The position numbers were made by a program, and so were the translations under genes. From NCBI GenBank assembly GCA_963678315.1, contig OY782781.1, positions 2,784,001-2,848,000 on the forward strand: a stretch of 64,000 nucleotides of DNA, read 5' to 3'. Numbering within the stretch: the first letter of the stretch is position 1; the number at the start of each line of letters is the position of its first letter. The DNA comes from Candidatus Cloacimonadales bacterium. Its GTDB lineage: Bacteria; Cloacimonadota; Cloacimonadia; Cloacimonadales; JAFGVF01. This document shows, one piece after another, positions 1-10,956 of this stretch. The notes under the pieces were generated by a model. The model was not told where the DNA came from. It saw nothing but the letters and a program-made list of their open reading frames with translations, and made no database searches.

Positions 1-183
1 TACTAGATTTTTAGCTCTATTCAATTGAAATAAGAAATTAATTCTTGTAATTTAATTCTTAATTCACTTAATTTTAACTAAATATTCTTTAAAATGAAAT
101 TTAGCCAATTTAAATAAAACACTCTTATTTACATATAGACCATAGTTTTACACTACTTCTATCGTCTTTTTTTATAGCCTAAC

Positions 184-212
184 TTGACAACTATAACTTT
201 TTGAACTATCTT
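184..212 (+). promoter_or_regulatory. sigma-70-type promoter of the PEPCK-like gene
   Basis: TTGACA (184-189), 17-nt spacer, TATCTT (207-212), about 100 nt upstream of the ATG at 312. Confidence 0.6.
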
Positions 213-311
213 GCCTTATGTGATTATCAACATCTATTTCGAGATGTCTGGTAATCCTTTTTGCGTTTATAATAGATATAATTTAATAGACTTAAAGGAG
301 ATTGGGATATT

Positions 312-2048
312 ATGGCAAGTAAATCAAGTGCTAGCTATTATGGAGATTTAAAGAAAATGTCAAAAATTAGAGCTTTGGCAGAAACAGCAGTAAACAATTC
401 TAATGTTAGGAAAGTTACTATCGCTGAAGCTTATGAAATGGCAAGAAAACAAGCAGGTGTATCAGAAACAGATTTCGAGATTTATCCAGAATTTGCAAAA
501 AAAGCTGGATTACCATCAGGTGCTAAAGTTCTCAATGACTGTCACGGAACAATATTAGGACGTACTGCAAAAGCTAGAAAATTCTATCATAGAGAAGAAG
601 AAAAGAATCAAATTAGAATTGAAGGCGATATCAGGGAAGCAATGTACGAACTACAACACTATGATTTAATCATGGGAGAAGCTGTTATCGGTCTTGATAA
701 AGACTTGATGATTAAAGCTACTTATGTGACTACCGAAACTGATGCGATGAATATGTTTAATTGGTTAACTAACTTCATCCCTTATGAATTAGTTGCAGAT
801 GAATATGCTAAGAGTAAAGAACTAGATATTCAAGATATCATCATTATTGCTTATAATGATTGGTGTCCACCAAAACAGGATAACTTCTACCATACTGTTA
901 ATTCTACTCAGCTTGCTCTAGTAGATGAAAAAGAGAATGTTATCTTTAACTTCGGTATGAGATATTTCGGTGAAAGAAAGAAAGGAACACTCACTTTAGC
1001 ATGGACTTCTGGTATGAGATTAGGTATGGCAGCGTGTCATGGTGGAATTAAAGAAATTGACTTCACTAACTGCACTGATGAACAATACCAAGATCTAGGC
1101 AAGCGTTCTATAGCTTTCTACGGACTTTCAGGAACTGGTAAATCTTCTCATACTAATAGTATTGATAACTGTGGAACATTACCAGAAGGCTTTAAGAAAG
1201 TTGTTCTTCATGATGATGCTTTCCAAATTGATGTAGAAGAAAAAGTATGCCGTGTGTGGGAACCTAGTCTCTTTGATAAAACAGACTCTAGAACTCCTAG
1301 TCACCAAGACTGGAAATATTGCTTATCTCTAATGAATCATGCAATCATTAATATTGATGGTAAAAGAGTCCCTGTCGGTTTGGATTTAAGAAATGCTAAT
1401 GGTAGATGTCTCTTTGATAGAGATCTTTTAGGAAACTGGGTTAATAGATGTTCTTTCCCTAAAGCTCTTGCTTGGCTTATGAAAGATACAATACTTCCTC
1501 CAGTAATCAGATTTACCAATAAGCATTTAGCAGTTTCAATGGGTACTGCTTTGATGACCAAAAGAAATAGAGCTGAGAACGTCAAGGAAGAAGAACTTAA
1601 CAAATTAGTATTTGAACCTTTCGCTAACCCTTTCAGAGTTTATGAATTGTGGAAAGACGTTGAAGCATTCATCAAAGTAATAGAAAATGGTGCTAATGTG
1701 TATTGTTTCAACTCTATTGGTTATTGGAAATCTTCAGATACAGACTTAGAAGCTATTCCTTTAGCAACTTCATTAACACTTCAAACAGGCATCCTTATGG
1801 ATCAATTAGAATGGGAAGATTGGGACTTATTTGACGGAGCTCAAATTCCTACCAAAGAATCAGTAGATAAAATTCTTCCAGGTTACTATGACCGTTATGA
1901 TCCAAATAAACGTGAAAATATTCATAAATATAAAATGATGGTTCTAGATAGATTTAGACAACGTATGGACTTTATTAAAGGCTCAGATGTAAGCACAAAA
2001 CCTGAATTACTAGATGATTTAATTAAATCATTAAAAGTACATTTATAG
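312..2048 (+). CDS. phosphoenolpyruvate carboxykinase (ATP)-like protein, divergent family
   Basis: 578 aa; YFGERKKG motif, P-loop GLSGTGKSS, metal-binding LHDD, NPF motif; AAGGAG Shine-Dalgarno. Confidence 0.75.
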   Translation: MASKSSASYYGDLKKMSKIRALAETAVNNSNVRKVTIAEAYEMARKQAGVSETDFEIYPEFAKKAGLPSGAKVLNDCHGTILGRTAKARKFYHREEEKNQIRIEGDIREAMYELQHYDLIMGEAVIGLDKDLMIKATYVTTETDAMNMFNWLTNFIPYELVADEYAKSKELDIQDIIIIAYNDWCPPKQDNFYHTVNSTQLALVDEKENVIFNFGMRYFGERKKGTLTLAWTSGMRLGMAACHGGIKEIDFTNCTDEQYQDLGKRSIAFYGLSGTGKSSHTNSIDNCGTLPEGFKKVVLHDDAFQIDVEEKVCRVWEPSLFDKTDSRTPSHQDWKYCLSLMNHAIINIDGKRVPVGLDLRNANGRCLFDRDLLGNWVNRCSFPKALAWLMKDTILPPVIRFTNKHLAVSMGTALMTKRNRAENVKEEELNKLVFEPFANPFRVYELWKDVEAFIKVIENGANVYCFNSIGYWKSSDTDLEAIPLATSLTLQTGILMDQLEWEDWDLFDGAQIPTKESVDKILPGYYDRYDPNKRENIHKYKMMVLDRFRQRMDFIKGSDVSTKPELLDDLIKSLKVHL

Positions 2049-2070
2049 AATTATTATTAAATAACATATT

Positions 2071-2104
2071 AAGGGAAACTAATTTTGGTTTCCCTTTTTC
2101 TTTT
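2071..2104 (+). terminator. intrinsic terminator after the PEPCK-like gene
   Basis: AAGGGAAAC...GTTTCCCTT hairpin followed by a T-tract. Confidence 0.75.
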
Positions 2105-2176
2105 CCAGCATACATATTCTGTAGATACATGCAAATGTATGAATGAAAATTTTTATAAAATCAAAGACATTAATAA

Positions 2177-2258
2177 TTGTCCTTTGGGACGAACACCAGG
2201 TTCTTTCTACCCTGAAAGGGTTATTCTTTCCAAAGCCCAGTACTTCAGTGCTGGGTAA
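2177..2258. repeat. REP-like palindrome cluster
   Basis: GTCCTTTGGGAC, ACCCTGAAAGGGT and CCCAGTAC-TTCA-GTGCTGGG hairpins, related to the GCCCTTTCAGGGC elements at ~42850 and ~56250. Confidence 0.5.
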
Positions 2259-2305
2259 TAATAAAGCCACAGCCCCTATCATACATAAAAAAAAGCAAGG
2301 GTCAA

Positions 2306-2423
<118 letters not shown>

Positions 2424-2483
2424 TTGACCCTTGCCAAAAATGATTTATATTAGTGTTTTTTACTTCATTTATTAATATGTAAG

Positions 2484-2508
2484 TTCGTAAGCAAGATGCT
2501 TACAATCC
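2484..2508. repeat. REP-like palindrome in the 23S-5S spacer
   Basis: TTC-GTAAGCA-AGA-TGCTTAC-AATCC; same family as the copies at 27709, 56067, 58678 and 58845. Confidence 0.65.
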
Positions 2509-2668
2509 TTATTCATAATAAAATAAAGCTATAGAGTGTATAAAATTTAATAAGTAAGACGATCGAGTTATTAGTATCACTCGGCTGAACATATTGCTAT
2601 GCGTACACCTGTGACCTATATACATTGTAGTCTCCAATGACTCTAAGGGGAGATCTAATCTTGAGGTT

Positions 2669-2701
<33 letters not shown>

Positions 2702-2819
2702 GTTCCGAACTTAGCTACTCGGCAATGCAGCTGGCGCCACAACCGATACACCAGAGGTTCGTCCACACCGGTCCTCTCGTACTAAATGAAGATCCTCTCA
2801 AATCTCCTACGCCCACGAA

Positions 2820-2866
<47 letters not shown>

Positions 2867-2869
2867 ACT

Positions 2870-2920
<51 letters not shown>

Positions 2921-2976
2921 AGTTGAGCCGACATCGAGGTGCCAAACACCGCCGTCGATATGAACTCTTGGGCGGT

Positions 2977-3009
<33 letters not shown>

Positions 3010-3348
3010 TTTGAGCAACGGCCCTTCCATTCAGAACCGCCGGATCACTAAGACCTAGTTTCCTACCTGCTCGACCCGTCAGTCTCGCAGTCAAGCTCCC
3101 TTATACCTTTATGCTCTGCAGATGATTACCAACCATCTTGAGGGAACCTTGGTAAGCCTCCGTTACTTTTTAGGAGGCGACCGCCCCAGTCAAACCGCCC
3201 ACCTGGCAATGTCCGATATGTTTTCATATCGTTAGTAAATCAATTTAATAAGGGTGGTATTTCAACAACGGCTCATCACAATCTAGCGACCATGAGTCAT
3301 AGCCTCCCACCTATCCTACACATACTAAACCAATGTACAATGCCAAGA

Positions 3349-3379
<31 letters not shown>

Positions 3380-3446
3380 GTTCGCGGGTAAGCGGTATCT
3401 TCACCGCTATTACAATTTCACCGAGTTCCTGGTTGAGACAGTGCCC

Positions 3447-3534
<88 letters not shown>

Positions 3535-4242
3535 TGGGGCTTCATTTCAAAGCTTCGCAATTAAGCTAACCTCTCCATTTAACCTTCCAGCACCGGGCAG
3601 GTGTCAGTCTGTATACTTCGAATTACTTCTTCGCACAGACCTGTGTTTTTGATAAACAGTCGCTTGGGCCTCTTCACTGCGGCCACTTCATGCTTTGTAT
3701 TGTACATACTAACACTAACGTGGCACCCCTTCTCCCGAAGTTACGGGGTCATTTTGCCTAGTTCCTTAACCAGAATTCTCTCGAACACCTGAGGATACTC
3801 TCCTCGTCCACCTGTGTCGGTTTAGGGTACGGTCTGTTATAATTCAACGTTTAGAAGCTATTTCTCGGCAGTCCTATAAACACACTTTATTAGCTATGCT
3901 ATCGTCCTGTACCTCGGATTGACTCTACGGATTTGCCTATAAAGTCTCCTACATACATTCAACTACTAATCCAACAGTAGTCTGTGCAGCATTACTGCGT
4001 CACTCCATCACTCATTATAACAGGCCCAGGAATATTAACCTGGTTCCCATCAGCTGCGCCGTTCGGCATCGCCTTAGGGGCCGGCTTACCCTCAGAAGAT
4101 TATCTTTACTGAGGAAACCTTGGACTTGCGGTGTGTGAGTTTCTCACTCACATTATCGTTACTCATGCCAACATCGTCTCTTCCGAACGCTCCAACTAAC
4201 CTCACAGTTAATCTTCGTCGCTGTTCAGAATGCTCTTCTACC

Positions 4243-4558
4243 CCCAGCACTTATTTGTATTTTTTTTAGATTGTTTCAATACTATTACTTATACGTTCTT
4301 TCAAAAATCTCTTACTGTTTCCATGTTGTTTGAGTTTTTGCTCACGTTGTCTTGCATCTTTTTCTGAGTAGTATGCTTCATAATATACTAAATCCCATAT
4401 GTCGTTATTAGTATATCCTTTATGTTTACTATTATGTTGTTTAACTCGCTGTTGTAAATTTGATGTATATCCTATATACAATTTCTCTTTACTTCTACTT
4501 ATTAACACATAAACATAGTACATACGAACTCCTAAAAAAAATATAAATAAGTGCTGGG
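4243..4558 (-). mobile_element. protein-coding intervening sequence (IVS) in 23S helix 45
   Basis: AT-rich insert between CCGAAGCCGTGG and GGTAGAAGAGCATTCTG (minus strand), the flanks of helix 45; 27-bp terminal inverted repeat at 4243-4269 and 4532-4558 with one mismatch. Confidence 0.9.
4266..4523 (-). CDS. GIY-YIG nuclease family protein encoded by the IVS (85 aa)
   Basis: MYYVYVL...LYIGYTSNLQQRVKQHN...ARQREQKLK keeps the GIY-YIG motifs with Arg, His and Glu; AGGAG lies 5 nt before the ATG at 4523; same strand as the rRNA. Confidence 0.9.
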   Translation of the reverse strand: MYYVYVLISRSKEKLYIGYTSNLQQRVKQHNSKHKGYTNNDIWDLVYYEAYYSEKDARQREQKLKQHGNSKRFLKERISNSIETI

Positions 4559-4607
4559 CCACGGCTTCGGTTCTATGCTTTAGTCCCGATCATCTTCGGT
4601 GCATTAC

Positions 4608-4641
<34 letters not shown>

Positions 4642-5810
4642 TGGTGGCTGCTTCTAAGCCAACATCCTGGCTGTCTATGCAATTAAACATCCTTTCTCAC
4701 TTAGCATAAAATTGGGGACCTTAGCCGGTGGTCTGGGTTCTTTCCCTTTCGTCCGTGAAGCTTATCCCCCACGGGCTGTCTCCCAGGTATCATTTATAGG
4801 CATTCGGAGTTTGATTGGGTTCAGTAAACTGGTGAGTCCCCTAGCCCATTCAGTGCTCTACCTCCTATAAACTTTTGCCTGAGGCCATACCTAAATATGT
4901 TTCGAAGAGAACCAGCTATCTCCGGGTTTGTTTGGCCTTTCACCCCTACCCACAACTCATCCACTAATTTTTTAACATTAGTTGGTGCGGTCCTTCAGCA
5001 AGTGTTACCTTGCCTTCAACCTGGTCATGGGTAGATCACCCGGTTTCGGGTCTAATCCAATCAACTTAACGCGCTATTAACACTCGCTTTCGCTTCGGCT
5101 ACATTTCTGTAAAACTTAACCTCGCTGAATAGATTAACTCGTTGGCTCATTATGCAAAAGGCACGCCATCGCTATTAAGCTCTGACTGCTTGTAAACACA
5201 CGGTTTCAGGTTCTATTTCACTCCCCTTCTGGGGTCCTTTTCACCTTTCCCTCACGGTACTGTTTCACTATCGGTCACCAAACGTATTTAGCCTTACGAG
5301 ATGGTCCTCGCAGATTCAATCGGAATTTCTCGTGTTCCGACCTACTCGGGATGCTACTAAGATGGTAATCAATTTTAACTACAGGACTTTCACCTTCTCT
5401 GGTTGAACTTCCCAGATCAATTCGTCTATCAATTACTTCTCTACATTGTAGTCCCACAACCCCAGTTATTCAACTGGTTTAGGCTCTTCCCCGTTCGCTC
5501 GCCGCTACTTAGGAAATCGTTTTTACTTTCTCTTCCTGAGGGTACTTAGATGTTTCAGTTCCCCTCGTTCGCCTCCGGTAAACCGGATGACACAACATTA
5601 CTTGTGCCGGGTTGCCCCATTCGGATACCTCCGGGTCGAAGCTTGCTTACAGCTCACCGAAGATTTTCGCAGTTAACCACGTCCTTCATCGCCATTTGGT
5701 GCCAAGGCATCCACCATGTGCTCTTTTGCTCTTACAAAAAAAATCTTACACACTCTATATTACACTCTATTTACTGTTTAAACATCTTAGTTTCCTTTGA
5801 TAAAAAAATA

Positions 5811-5886
5811 TGGTGGAGAATAACGGGCTCGAACCGTTGACCCCCTGCTTGCAAAGCAGGTGCTCTCCCAACTGAGCTAATCCCCC
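5811..5886 (-). tRNA. tRNA-Ala(TGC)
   Basis: GGGGGATTAGCTCAG...TTTGCAA...GTTCGAG...CCA cloverleaf in the 16S-23S spacer. Confidence 0.97.
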
Positions 5887-5891
5887 ACAAC

Positions 5892-5968
<77 letters not shown>

Positions 5969-6057
5969 ATATTTTAATCAGAAACTATATAGATTAAAAA
6001 AGTCCCTATAATCATGAAAGAATGAAAGTGAACTCGTCGAGAAACATTTCTCCTTTA

Positions 6058-7593
<1,536 letters not shown>

Positions 7594-7667
7594 TAATAAA
7601 AATCGTTTTTTCTGTCTCTCGCAAGTTCACATTCATTCTCTCACTCTATAAAAACTTTTAATTTAAC

Positions 7668-7678
7668 TTTCAAAGATC
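7668..7678 (-). promoter_or_regulatory. rrn leader boxA-like antitermination site
   Basis: GATCTTTGAAA on the minus strand between the promoter and the 16S gene. Confidence 0.55.
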
Positions 7679-7731
7679 ATTACCTCTGCTTTGTCGCTTC
7701 GTTTCCTTAGCTCCCGTGCATCGGTTGTGTT

Positions 7732-7759
7732 AAACTATAAGAGCCTGCTTTCTTGTCAA
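7732..7759 (-). promoter_or_regulatory. rRNA operon promoter
   Basis: TTGACA, 16-nt spacer, TAGTTT on the minus strand, with AT-rich sequence upstream. Confidence 0.6.
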
Positions 7760-8026
7760 TACTTATTTTAATCTTTTTATGTTTTTTATTTTATCAATAC
7801 AGACATTCCTCTTTATCATACTTTTGTTAAATAAGCAGTTAAAGTCTCTAATATTTTTATGTATTATTTTGATTATTAATAAAAATTGCTTTAAAATCGA
7901 GATTATATTAATAAATTCAACCTGTAAGTTTCAGAAAAACTTCTATTGTGAGGATGAATATATTTGGTTAGAGTAAGTATGCATTTTAGTTGTTTTCTTT
8001 TCTACTACTATTATATAATATCAATT

Positions 8027-8481
8027 TGCGTAAGCATGAAGTTCCTTCAACCTAGCGGTGGATGCTTACACTCCACAAATCCTCATATCATTCTCCCACG
8101 ATTGAAATCATAGGCTCTGAAGAAAGCTGTCCCTTTGGGACAATCACCTTAAGACCTTCTGCCGAACGTCTCTACTCTGGGCTTGTAGCCATCCTTGGCT
8201 ACGAAAAACACTTTACTTTGTGTAAGCATGAACTTTGTTCAAGCTATCGGTGGATGCTTACACTCCCTTTTCTGAGACGTTCTTCCGAACGCCTCTACAA
8301 ATTCACTTATCACTGCGTTCTAATGAAGCCAGCGCAGAGGCTGGCGATCCCAGTAACTCCTAACTTCTAACACCTCTTTGCCAGCTATCCGGCAGCAGCC
8401 GGACTAAAGGCAAAGCCTTCCCAGTAACTCATAACTCCTTCCTTACGGGTCTCCTTGAAAAATTGGCTTTTTTTCAAAGGA
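8027..8481. repeat. mosaic REP/BIME-like element, family 1 copy A
   Basis: Two GTAAGCAT...ATGCTTAC units (8030, 8222), GTAGCCA...TGGCTAC, GCCAGC/GCTGGC and TCCGGC/GCCGGA hairpins; 8221-8481 is a close inverted match to 27122-27410. Confidence 0.85.
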
Positions 8482-8621
8482 GCAAGTAAGGATGGCCTAT
8501 ATCCTAATAATATCTATACATTATTATATACTACTAAAACATATTTTGAATTTTCTTATTGACAGCATTTTGCAAAAAGCTTGAATTTGCACAACTAACG
8601 ATATCAAAAAAAAGGAGATTC

Positions 8622-10244
8622 ATGATGGGATTTATACCAAGACCAAAAAATGAACCAATTTTATCTTACGCTCCAGGCAACCCAGAAACAGTTGCATTAA
8701 AAGCAGAATTAGAAAGAATGTCTAATGAGACAATCGAGATTCCTCTTATAATCGGTGGAAAAGAAATCAAAACAGGAAATATGGCGCAAGCAGTTGAGCC
8801 ACATAATCATAAAAACGTATTAGCAAACTATCACCAAGCAGGTGAAAAAGAAGTTAATATGGCAATCGAAGCGGCTTTAGAAGCTAGAAAACAATGGGCA
8901 GCTACACCTTATAAAGTTAGAGCTGGAATTTTCTTAAAAGCTGCTGAGCTTATCTCAGGAAAATACAGAGCAAGAGTTAATGCTGCAACAATGTTAAACC
9001 AATCAAAGAATGCTTTCCAAGCAGAAATTGATTCATGTTGTGAACTTACAGACTTCTTACGTTTCAATGCTAAGTTTATGGAAGACATTTATGAAGCACA
9101 AGAACTTACATCTCCAGTTGGAACATGGAACCAATTAGAATACCGTGGTTTAGAAGGTTTTGTATTTGCTGTTTCTCCATTTAATTTCACAGCTATCGGA
9201 GGTAATTTACCTACATCTCCAGCAATGATGGGTTGTGTTGCTTTATGGAAACCTGCATCAACTTCTGTTTTCTCAAACTATATTATAATGAAGATTTTAG
9301 AAGAAGCTGGTTTACCAGCTGGTGTTATTAACTTTATTCCTGGAAGAGGCTCACAAGTTGGTGATCCAGTAATGGCATCAGAACACTTAGCAGGTATTCA
9401 CTTTACTGGTTCTACTGGTGTATTCCAAGGTATTTGGAAAACTGTTGGTGATAACATTGCAAAATATAGATCATACCCTAGAATCGTTGGTGAAACTGGT
9501 GGTAAAGACTTTATCGTTGCACACAAATCTGCAGATGTTAAAGCTTTAGCTACAGCTACAGTACGTGGTGCTTTCGAATTCCAAGGACAAAAATGTTCAG
9601 CTCTTTCAAGAATATATATTCCTGAATCAATGTATGATGAATGGTTAGAATTATGTAAAAAAGATATGAATTCAATGAAAATGGGTGATGTAAAAGATTT
9701 CTCTAACTTCATTAATGCTGTTATCGATGAAAAGAGCTATGATAAAATCACAACAGAGTACATTGAGCATGCTAAAGCAAGCGCTGATGCTGAAGTTGTT
9801 GCTGGTGGTGAATATGATAAATCAGAAGGTTACTTCATCCGTCCTACAATTATAAGAGCTAAAACAGCAGATTATAAATCAATGGTAGAAGAGATATTCG
9901 GACCAGTACTTACTGTATTCACTTATGCAGACGACAAGTATGAAGAAATTCTTGAAGTATGTGATAAAACATCTATGTATGCTCTTACTGGTGCTCTTTG
10001 GGCACAAGATAGATATGCAATTGAAGTTGGAACAAAAGCATTAGTTCATGCTGCGGGTAACTTCTATATTAATGACAAACCAACAGGTGCTGTTGTTGGT
10101 CAACAACCATTTGGTGGTGGTCGTGCTTCAGGTACAAATGACAAAGCTGGTTCTTACTTAAATCTTATTAGATGGGCTTCAGTTAGAACAATTAAAGAAA
10201 CATTTAACCCACCTACAGATTATAGATATCCTTTCTTAGGATAA
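8622..10244 (+). CDS. pruA: L-glutamate gamma-semialdehyde (P5C) dehydrogenase
   Basis: ALDH motifs SPFNF, FTGST, GETGGK, GQKCSA, EEIFGP, GQQPFGG; start moved to the ATG after AGGAG (8622 or 8625). Confidence 0.92.
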   Translation: MMGFIPRPKNEPILSYAPGNPETVALKAELERMSNETIEIPLIIGGKEIKTGNMAQAVEPHNHKNVLANYHQAGEKEVNMAIEAALEARKQWAATPYKVRAGIFLKAAELISGKYRARVNAATMLNQSKNAFQAEIDSCCELTDFLRFNAKFMEDIYEAQELTSPVGTWNQLEYRGLEGFVFAVSPFNFTAIGGNLPTSPAMMGCVALWKPASTSVFSNYIIMKILEEAGLPAGVINFIPGRGSQVGDPVMASEHLAGIHFTGSTGVFQGIWKTVGDNIAKYRSYPRIVGETGGKDFIVAHKSADVKALATATVRGAFEFQGQKCSALSRIYIPESMYDEWLELCKKDMNSMKMGDVKDFSNFINAVIDEKSYDKITTEYIEHAKASADAEVVAGGEYDKSEGYFIRPTIIRAKTADYKSMVEEIFGPVLTVFTYADDKYEEILEVCDKTSMYALTGALWAQDRYAIEVGTKALVHAAGNFYINDKPTGAVVGQQPFGGGRASGTNDKAGSYLNLIRWASVRTIKETFNPPTDYRYPFLG

Positions 10245-10265
10245 TTAATCTAATATAAATTTGTT

Positions 10266-10292
10266 AAGGGACTACGTATTGTAGTCCCTTTT
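10266..10292 (+). terminator. intrinsic terminator after pruA
   Basis: AAGGGACTAC-GTATT-GTAGTCCCTT followed by TT. Confidence 0.75.
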
Positions 10293-10318
10293 CTAGATTA
10301 TTGAGGTAATAAAAAACT

Positions 10319-10813
10319 ATGCAAATAAGGTCAAATAGATTAGTAATAAGAGATTTAAAGGATAGCGACTTGAAATCATTTATTGAATTACATACATCAA
10401 AAAAAGTAATGCAAATGATTCCGATGAAAACACTTTCTCAAGAAGAATCCATATTTGAGTTTAAGAGAATAATTAAAAACAAGAAAGATTCTAAAGTCAG
10501 GGTTTATGCTATAGAAGAGATTTCCATAGAAACAATGATTGGTACATTTGCCATCATTGATTTAGATGATAACTCATGTGAAATAGGATATCGAATAATC
10601 CCAAAGTATTGGGGCAAGGAATATGCCTCTGAGGCTGTTAAGGTTGTTCTTAATCATTTGAAAAAGAACTTTCATTATATAAAGGTTAAAGCAATTATTG
10701 ACATAAAAAATACCAGGTCTCAGAAAGTCATAGAAAAATTCCTAAAACTAGATAGAAAACAATTTAGTGAGAATAATAAAGCATGGGAGTTTATATATAG
10801 TCTTGAACTATAA
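10319..10813 (+). CDS. GNAT N-acetyltransferase, RimJ/RimL type
   Basis: RLVIRDL start, EIGYRI...YWGKEYASEA, NTRSQKVIEK. Confidence 0.8.
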   Translation: MQIRSNRLVIRDLKDSDLKSFIELHTSKKVMQMIPMKTLSQEESIFEFKRIIKNKKDSKVRVYAIEEISIETMIGTFAIIDLDDNSCEIGYRIIPKYWGKEYASEAVKVVLNHLKKNFHYIKVKAIIDIKNTRSQKVIEKFLKLDRKQFSENNKAWEFIYSLEL

Positions 10814-10956
10814 TTGCACTATCAAAATCTAAATTCAACAAAAAAGACATTAGAATAGTTTTTATCTTTACCTACCAATTAATTACAAATTAATAATACT
10901 TGTTTATATGGAACATATAATGCAATTAATAAGATTAAATCAAAATAGGGGGAAAT

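Noticed and set aside
4243..4558. Group I or group II self-splicing intron interpretation
   Set aside because: The ORF and terminal stem account for essentially the whole insert, leaving no room for a ribozyme core.
4524..4562. Longer 98-aa start for the GIY-YIG ORF
   Set aside because: The GTG at 4562 lies in conserved rRNA and the extension runs through the stem arm. The ATG at 4523 has an AGGAG and matches the usual family N-terminus.
8027..8270. Possible CRISPR array from the two ~47-nt direct repeats
   Set aside because: Only two copies, about 190 nt apart, with other palindromes in between and no cas genes.
8062..8370. ORFs within the repeats (8062-8370, 27119-27304, 42776-42991, 56183-56440) that share peptide strings
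   Set aside because: The similarity comes from the DNA repeat itself. Indels and stops differ between copies and there are no ribosome-binding sites.
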